Assembly: GCA_024720975.1 (NCBI GenBank)
Contig: JANJXX010000003.1
Location: 32,001 to 96,000, forward strand
DNA: 64,000 bases
Origin: Thermoproteota archaeon
Lineage (GTDB): Archaea > Asgardarchaeota > Njordarchaeia > Njordarchaeales > Panguiarchaeaceae
Reading direction: 5' to 3'
Below, piece after piece: positions 29,107-37,600 of this stretch. The notes beneath the pieces were generated by a model. The model was not told the DNA's origin. It made no database searches and saw only the letters and a list, made by a program, of their open reading frames with translations. The first letter of the stretch is position 1. Each line of letters opens with the position of its first letter. The position numbers and the translations under genes are program-made.

Positions 29107-30987
29107 CTATTCAAGCCCAAGGCGATTTCTTATCTTTTTGACTAGTGGTATTGCGTCTTCTAAGCCTAGGTTCCTGAGGACTTCTGGTTTTGATACCCCG
29201 TATTCATCATATCCTATACCCTCGTAGTAAGCTTTCTTTAGTTCATTTACCTCTTGCTCATTAGCTTTCTTACCTTTGTGTGGGCCGCTCGGCAAAGGTT
29301 CATAAAACCTTGGTGGGTTGTCATCATGGACACGCGGATCCCATTGTATGTCTGGCCCTCCTAGCAATAGTAAAAGTCTTTGAATGTGTATTATGCGCGG
29401 CGCTGTCTGGTTTATCCATTCCTCCACAGTCATATTCCAGCCGGTAACTGAGTTTAGGAATTGTATTAATACATCAAAGTTTGTCCAGTACGTGAATGAA
29501 CATATCACTGCAGAATCAGTAAAAACGGCCTCTATCTCTCCCGCTGGTACTTTAGGATCACTGAAAGCCGCTGATGTATGATCTCCACCTTGGACGGATA
29601 CAGCATATCCTATTGGGGATGGGTAATCCTCTCCACTTCTTATTCCATGAGCGCCAACGGCTATACCCTTCACTTCGACAGCAAACCTTGCAGCGTCTAT
29701 GCCCTTGATTTTGCCGATTATCCTTGCAGCTCTGTGTGTTCCCTCGGCCAAAACGCCACCTATACCTTCTCTATTTGCTATCATTTGCATCAACTTAGCA
29801 AATGCATCGGTATCTCCCCACCTAAGCTCAAAGCCAACATCATTTTTGCTCAAAATTCCTTTCTCATATAACTCTGCTGCGAAGCCTAAAACATTTCCCG
29901 TGTTTATAGCATCAAGACCTAGTTCATCAGCTAGGTATGATAGGTATATTATCTCCTCAGGTTTGAATATTCCCAGGTTTGTCCCGAGATACGCCGCTAG
30001 TTCATAGTCTGGTGCGTCAGTCTTAGCACCCTTATATTTTCCATGACGTATGTAAGATATTTTCATGCAAGTAACTGGGCAACCATAATCACCCCAGTAC
30101 TTCTTTACCCAATAGCCCAACTCGAAGTTTACAACACTGATCTCTTTCCTATCATGCCACTCCTCTTGCCAGTTTCGAATAGGCTCACTTGAGGTTCTGT
30201 ACCCAAATTCATAGCCACCAGCTCCTGTGCCCCATGCTCTAAACGTTGTAATTTCTAGTAACTGATGTTGAATATCCCTAAGCAGTTTCTTATACTCCTC
30301 AAAATTTGCTACAGGTGGCAGAGGCCCATTTCCTTTGACAACAATTGCTTTTAAGTTCTTTGATCCCGCTACGGCACCGTATCCTCCATAACCTGCCGCG
30401 TGAACGAATTTTGCCATAATAGATGCAAATCTAACCTTTCTCTCTCCACCTCTTCCTATATAGAGAATCGCTGGTTCTTTCGGCAATCCACTTCTCCCTG
30501 CTAATTCTATCACCTCCCTGTGTGATTCACTCATTAACTCTGAGAGAAAGTCACTGGGACCTCTTCCCCAATATTTCCGAGCATCTTTAATATCGACATG
30601 GTCATCAACTAGTAAGATATACTTCGGCTCTTCCGCTCTTCCTCTGATAATCATTCCATCATAACCAGCTGCTTTGAGCTCAATAGCTACCTCACTTGAG
30701 ATTGTAGAACCCACCACACCATTGCTCTCAGGCGACTTGCCAGTTATACAGAGCTTTATTCCAGGATAGTAGCCTGAGAGAGGCCCTGTGAGAATCAACA
30801 ACAAATTCTCAGGACCAAGAGGATCTATTTCCTCCCACTTATCCCCAAGCTCTTTCCAGAGAATGTATGTTCCTAATCCTCGACCTCCGAGCCAATTCCT
30901 GTACACACCTTCTGAAAACTCCTTGACTCTTATCTTCTCCCTAGATAGATCTACTTCAAGGATCTTGCCAGTAAATCCATATGGCAT
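29107..30987 (-). CDS. aor: Tungsten-containing aldehyde:ferredoxin oxidoreductase family, large subunit
   Basis: GKILEVDLS, LGGRGLG, DPLGPEN, KSP, AAGYDG, GSKNLKAI, DYE, DELGLD, GGDH. Confidence 0.9.
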   Translation of the reverse strand: MPYGFTGKILEVDLSREKIRVKEFSEGVYRNWLGGRGLGTYILWKELGDKWEEIDPLGPENLLLILTGPLSGYYPGIKLCITGKSPESNGVVGSTISSEVAIELKAAGYDGMIIRGRAEEPKYILLVDDHVDIKDARKYWGRGPSDFLSELMSESHREVIELAGRSGLPKEPAILYIGRGGERKVRFASIMAKFVHAAGYGGYGAVAGSKNLKAIVVKGNGPLPPVANFEEYKKLLRDIQHQLLEITTFRAWGTGAGGYEFGYRTSSEPIRNWQEEWHDRKEISVVNFELGYWVKKYWGDYGCPVTCMKISYIRHGKYKGAKTDAPDYELAAYLGTNLGIFKPEEIIYLSYLADELGLDAINTGNVLGFAAELYEKGILSKNDVGFELRWGDTDAFAKLMQMIANREGIGGVLAEGTHRAARIIGKIKGIDAARFAVEVKGIAVGAHGIRSGEDYPSPIGYAVSVQGGDHTSAAFSDPKVPAGEIEAVFTDSAVICSFTYWTNFDVLIQFLNSVTGWNMTVEEWINQTAPRIIHIQRLLLLLGGPDIQWDPRVHDDNPPRFYEPLPSGPHKGKKANEQEVNELKKAYYEGIGYDEYGVSKPEVLRNLGLEDAIPLVKKIRNRLGLE

Positions 30988-30998
30988 CCGAGATCACT

Positions 30999-31532
30999 TT
31001 AATCAAACATTTTCTTAGACAACGCCAAGCTCTTTTCCCTAGGATCACCTGCAAATGTACTGAACACTGGACGATACAACCCCCTGTAAAGTTTTAGAGC
31101 ATTGTAGCCGGCTTCATTACATATCTTCACGCACTTAGGCTCGCCATTGCATAGATCACATATTACAACAGTCTTCTTGCCCTTCGGAATTCTCGGAACT
31201 TTCCCAGGACACGCTTCTATGCACTTACCACATCCAATACATTTCTGATCATCTACTATAACAGCGCCAGTCGCCTCATTGACACTAAGAGCCCCGACTG
31301 GACAACTTTTAACGCACGGATAATCTAAGCATTGAACACATAGATGCGGTACTGGAGCTCCATAAGCCTCCTCAAAAATCCTTATCCTCGATGCTTCTGG
31401 CCATATAGTGCCCTCATGTTCCAGAGCACAAACTACTTCGCATAGCCTACAGCCAGAGCAACTCCCATAGTCCACTAGTATCCATAATCTGTTTGCTTCT
31501 CTAACCAAGATAATCACCGACATTTTACGCAA
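30999..31532 (-). CDS. 4x[4Fe-4S] polyferredoxin partner of the AOR-family enzyme
   Basis: CSGCRLCEVVC, CVQC...C...CP, CIGCGKCIEACP, CDLC...C..IC. Directly upstream of the AOR gene. Confidence 0.9.
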   Translation of the reverse strand: MRKMSVIILVREANRLWILVDYGSCSGCRLCEVVCALEHEGTIWPEASRIRIFEEAYGAPVPHLCVQCLDYPCVKSCPVGALSVNEATGAVIVDDQKCIGCGKCIEACPGKVPRIPKGKKTVVICDLCNGEPKCVKICNEAGYNALKLYRGLYRPVFSTFAGDPREKSLALSKKMFD

Positions 31533-31629
31533 ATAATTATTAGCAGAATTAGGGATTTAATAACTGCAACAACATTATGTAAATTTTTGCTATACGTAGA
31601 AAAAGCCTAAATCTGCTCATCAATTATTC

Positions 31630-31645
31630 AAAAAAACAAAAATTA
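31630..31645 (-). terminator. Oligo-T archaeal terminator candidate after the giant repeat gene
   Basis: A-rich run just past the 31652 stop on +, i.e. T-runs on the - strand. Confidence 0.4.
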
Positions 31646-31651
31646 GTTCGC

Positions 31652-34600
31652 TTAGTAGTTACCGTTACCGTCTGGCTCCAAGGCATCTGGTTCTCCATCA
31701 TACGAATCCATAAAGCAAATACCTGATATCGTTGCATTTTCAACAGTGCTTGCATTAGGATGAGGTTTAATTAGCCACTCTCCTTGCGAATCTTTGTAGA
31801 GAACTATTACACGCGTGTTGCTGTAGTCATGAAATGTCCATTGTACAGTACTTATTAACAGCACAATCTTACCAGCGAGTATATTGGGGTTCCAATCTCC
31901 TGATACTAGATAGAATCCTGGTGTATAGTAGTAAATTACCCACCAGAACATTACTATTTCAACTTCAAAGCTCATTAGAACCATGGACCATGCATCACCA
32001 TCTTCAACACCTTCCCAAGGTGATAATAAACCGTATACGTCTTCCTTCTCTGGTCTACCGATTATTGTAAGGTATTCGTCATCGTACTGGCTATCAAGAT
32101 AGGCATTTCCAATGTAATCATGGAAGGCATCGGTCCATTCAATATCTATCGTGGCACTGAGATCTTTAGTGCCACCACCTCCAAACCAAATGGAGTACGA
32201 TGGCAGACTTGATGGAGCATCCTGTATCTGGGGTGATATGTAGTATTGCGCGGGGTCATGTGCTAGTGGATTAGAATTCTTATCTAGTGCTTTTAATTCT
32301 TCAGCCTCACTAGATTTGTATGAACCACTTGTCCAGCTTCCTGTTGATGGCGGATCATCACCAGTATCATTGTCTTCGAAGAATATTGGATCATCATCCC
32401 ATACTATCAACATTGAGTAATATACTAGCCATTCAGGACTCATAGGCACCTCTATCTTAAAGTATACTGTAACATACACCCATTGGTTGAAGTCTATGGC
32501 TGGGGAAAGCCCCGACATACCTTTGAATTTTATCGTATTTGCTAATGAGGAGGTATCGTATATTCCTGTGAAGTTTAGTTTGCTGAGTTTGACATCGCGT
32601 ATGTAGCATCCCCAAATCTTTAGATCAAACGTTACGTTTACTATGCTAAAGTTGTAGCAGTGATATTTTACCATGCTCCACAGCCAATCTTTAAGTGTGG
32701 TGTTTGAGAAACCGCGAAATCTATTTACTCTCCAAAGTCTGACTTGTACATCAAAGTAGCTATCTTTACCAGCTTCCATGGTTAGATTGTTTATATACAC
32801 CTCACCAAAGAAGTCATCTAATGTCCCAGAGGCTTGTTGGCCAGCTTTGCTACCAAAGTGATATCTTCCATTATAAACCAACAGAGCCTTAAAGTTCTCG
32901 AGTCCTACATTAAATCCTAAGCTACCCACGGCCTGGTGATAATTAAGGAGAATCCAGTTATAGTTCCACAGATTTATATTGCTTGGATTATTATTCCACA
33001 CTGGAACTGCATAATTAGCAGCATTTTCGATGCCTCCATATAGGTCATTTGTGTAGTACGTTCCATAACCTATCGGTACAAGAGCAACAGCATCGGCATT
33101 TATGCCATTGACGTAAGTTTTAACCATTGAGTTTAATGCCGTTTGAATGACATCGGGTGTTATGATGAACATGAATTTCGCAGATAGTGCTTCAAGATTG
33201 CTTATATTAACACCGAATATTTCAAGATCTATCTTAGTACTCGCCCATACGTTTATTGACCATCCTTTTAAGGTTGCATCTAGGAACTCTTGTAAGTATC
33301 TGTTCTTAAGAAATACTATCTCTATCGTTACATTCGAAGGGACCCCGGCCCTCAGATCCGCTACTCCAACTATTTTTTGTATTCCAAAAGCCGTGTATGT
33401 GTTAAGAGGCTCCATGTGTAGAATTGTCTCCATTCTAAGTATTTTTATGTTCAGAGAGCTTTGCACTGGTTCAATTAATCTTATGGTAGCAGAAAGCTTA
33501 TCCTCACCAATTACCTTCCAAGATAAGTTCTCGGTGCTGTATCTAATTACATTGTTTAATAAAGCCGATGCATCAACTTCACCCTGCATTAGGGCTTCGT
33601 AGTAATCGCTTACGCAGTATCGAGTGTTGTTATACTTGAAGTTTATTTCAAGTACTAAGTAGTTCGAATCAAAGAGCCTTATTCTTACTGAGCCCCAAAC
33701 GTCCATTGTAACATTCTTTTTCACGAGCAGATCCTGTAAAAATCCTTGAAGTGCAATTCTGTTTGACTTGAATATAGTTACGTTTACACCAAACGTTGTG
33801 TTTTTATCCAAACTTAATTCTAGGTATGAAATGAATACGTTAGCTACTTTGACGCCGCCATATAGTATATCCACACTTAGGTTGTTAACTTCTACAGGTA
33901 TCTTAGACTTGGACACAGTCACATTGATATTTAGCAGCGCTGTTGAATAATCTTCCCCTAGTACTGTTATACTTCCTACAGTCATATTGAACATACTCAA
34001 AACGGTTTCTTGAACACCTGAAGACTCTAGTTGTTCACTTACGTTCCAACCGAATACCTGTCTGAGTGATATGTTTTGGACGGTGATTCCAAAGAGGCTG
34101 ATTCTGCCAACTCTTGCGTCTACATTAATCTCGATGTTGTAGTTGTTTATTAAGTTCATGAGAAATTCTGCCGTTTTTGGTCTGTCCGCGAGCATTATAT
34201 ATGCGACTATTGTGGTATTACCTAAGGCCGCTTCGATCTTAGGAACATTTATTTTGGCCACTACAGTATTGTCTTTGATTAATTTAGCATTTATATCATA
34301 CGCTGCGAACGATATGTTGAATCTATTCATAAAGTCTACTTCCGCACTAAGAACATAATATTTAACTTGATCCTGCTGATCATAGAAGCTACCAACGTAG
34401 TTGAGACTCTTGTACGCGATAAGCGATTTAAAGTCTACTGGTACTATTCCGGCGCTCGCGTTTGTGGCCGACATGTTAAAGGTTAAACCTTTTAAGTCTA
34501 GAGACAAATTCAAGGTTAAATATTGTGTTGAGCTGTCAAATAGTTGGACCACTATAGATCCGTTAACATTAACAACAGCGTTATTACCCGCTAGATAATC

Positions 34601-37600
34601 TTCAATAAACTTTCTAAGTGCAGGCGAACCTTTGAAGATTGTAATATCTAAGGATATACTTGTTGGCTGAATGGGTGATAATACCATATTGTTGCCACGC
34701 AGTCTGGCGATCTTACCTAGATCATTGCTGACGTCAAGGTTCATTTCATGCACTTTAATATAAACAGGCGTGCTATTGATGCTAAGACTAACTGTTACGT
34801 TTGCTGTGTATTCATCCTCACCCCAAACTTTTACTTGATCTATACCATATAGTGGAAAGAGGCTAGGCGTTATAGTGTTTGCTCCAGTGTTTATTTGCTG
34901 CGAGAGATTCATTGCTTGACAGAGGTTGTAATCGAAGCTTAGGTCATCTATTTCCGCTCCTAGGAATAGCAAGTCCGTAGAACCTCTTATTGTTACATTT
35001 ATGACGCCTCCAGAGATTATACTTTCCAGCAAGTCCTTTGCTCCTGGATTATCGTATATAGCTAGGTGCACCGATATATTTGACCAGTTATCTGGAAGAA
35101 GTGTATATGGTCTGTTTATGAAGATCTTAAGCGCTTCATAACCTGAATTAGATATCGTGATTTTAGTATCCCCTATAGTTATAGGCGCCGCTATTGGGAT
35201 CTTCAGGGAGGCATTTACCTCTAGGTCATAATATTGTCTAGCACCAAAGGTTTTTTGAGAGATGCCGAGGAGCTTAAACAGATCTTGCAGAGGTATGAAA
35301 GTGTATGGCGAAACTACTGAGCCATTGGCTGAATTATAGGATTCAAGGCTTTGGTTTAATGAGAGTTCTATCGGAATTTCGTTTATCCTGTATCCAAATA
35401 CCATTAAATCGAGTTTTCCAGAGACGTTGACACAAAGTATTTTCCTTTCAACAATATCTCTAATGAGTTTCTCTAAGGGTAAATTGTTCGGTCTGTATAA
35501 GAGAACTATCGTAGCATTTACTTTCGAAGTTGCTCCGCGGGTCATTTCCGCACCTGGAACTAGAACGTAACCAATTGATCCAAAGTTGTTTTCGAGCGTT
35601 AAGTTTAGGTTATAAATAGATACGCTTATTGGAACTTCTGTGATGCTGATGGATACATTAACCTCGAACTTCTGTCCATCGTAGTTCGTCGAGACAAGCT
35701 GAGCATTGGTAACGTTTATCAATGGCGCGGCAGCGGTTGCTTGTGGGAGCTCTTGCTTTGATAGATCGGCGAAGATTTTACTTGCAAGTGATATCTGTGA
35801 TATATTTAGTCCAAATAAGGATATTGATGCTACACCGCTAATTGTTACATTGATGCATCTCTGCCGTAGCAATTCCTCTAGAAAACTTTGAGTTGCTGGT
35901 GTATCCTTAATTTCTAGATATATTTTCATGGTTACATTTTGACCAGGAGCCACACTATAGGAGCCTGCAGAACATATTTCCGCAACTGTATAATCTCTAT
36001 AAATTACCTTGAAGCTTAGATATTCAATTCCCAGAGAGACATTAATGAAATTGTTGAATACATACTCAATTAGGAGCGTTCTTGGTCCTGTTTGCTCAAA
36101 CCTCTTAAGCGCCAGGATATTCTCTATATTAAGGGGAACTATTGATTCCGATAATGAGTCTGAGGATGACGTGTAACTTACGTTTTTAAGACTTATTTGA
36201 ACGGTAAAGTTCCATTCTAAGAGTTTCAAATATGCAGACACATTTAAGTCAACTATGGCATCCCCCTCGATGAGATCACCAATTATTTCTGCTGTGACAT
36301 CCTTCTTGTAGAATAGTACTTCAATTACGATGTTCATGAAATCCTTACTAAGATCAAGTGAGTCTACAAATACAGCCTCTATTGCTTTCTCTCCTCCCTT
36401 GCTTAAAACTGCTTTTAAGTCCCACACAGTGACAGGTAGCATGTACTCATTCGTTAGGTTTAGCTTTATCAAGATTTTTGCTAAGGTGGCGTTTTCCATT
36501 AATGTATCTATGTATAACTTATTTATTTTGAGTCGCCCAAGTGGCAAAGGACTTGATCCAAGGCTCTGCTGTCCGACGAGTTCTGTGCTTAACCTGTATG
36601 CGAGATTATATGTGATATTAACATTTATCACTTCAATACCATAGAATGTTATGTTCCCGTAACCCTTGATGGATGCATTGAAAATGCTATTTTCTATTAG
36701 ATCCTTAAGAAACTTATAAGTCTCATTCCTGCTAAATACATACATGTCGACTATTAAACTGGATGTTTCTTTCGGTCGCACCAGAGCATCGCTTATGAAC
36801 ACTCTAGCAACGGTAAGTTGATCTCTGATTACTTCTATTGAGAATGGCCCAACAGCGGCATCTACTCCGTACGGGTTCTTGAATGAAATTGATGTATTGA
36901 AATGATATGCTTTTATACCATTGATTATTTCCTCGCCTATGTACTTAAATTTATCTATGCTTACAGCAAGATTTGGAAGGGCACTAGCTTCGATAATCGC
37001 TTGAGTATTAGGAATTGATGTTATGTTGCTTAGCTTGAATGGCAAGGTTACATTCACGCCAAATATTTCGGCTGTGACTTCTCCACTTATTACTAGCGAG
37101 TGAAGTTTACCCTCGATTATTCTCTTAAGAACCTCTGCTGTGTACTCTTTATTTGATTTGTGTATCTTTATGTAAGCTTTTATTTGTTTTCCGTTGACAG
37201 TATTATACAAATCTATTGTAGAGTTTGAGCTCAAAGTTATTGCTGGAAGACTCCAGCCAATAAGCGATATATTCACTTCATACTGAAATACCTTTACGGG
37301 CAAGTGATCAAGCCTAGCCGAAAGAGATATCTCTAGCAACGTCTCACTTTGATTGTCATAAATTATGGAAATATCCTCTAGATCTAAACCTCCTAGTCCA
37401 CCTATATCCTGATATCCACCCACGCCAACACTATCAGTTATATTCACTAGTAGTCTTTGGATAAACGTTATTTGTGGAAATTCTACCCCAAATATTTTGA
37501 TGCCCACTCTTCCATCGATTGAAGCATTTATAAGCCCATTACAAGCCAGATCAACCAAGAAGTTTCTCATAGCCTCCTTTCCTTTGAATATGTATATGCT

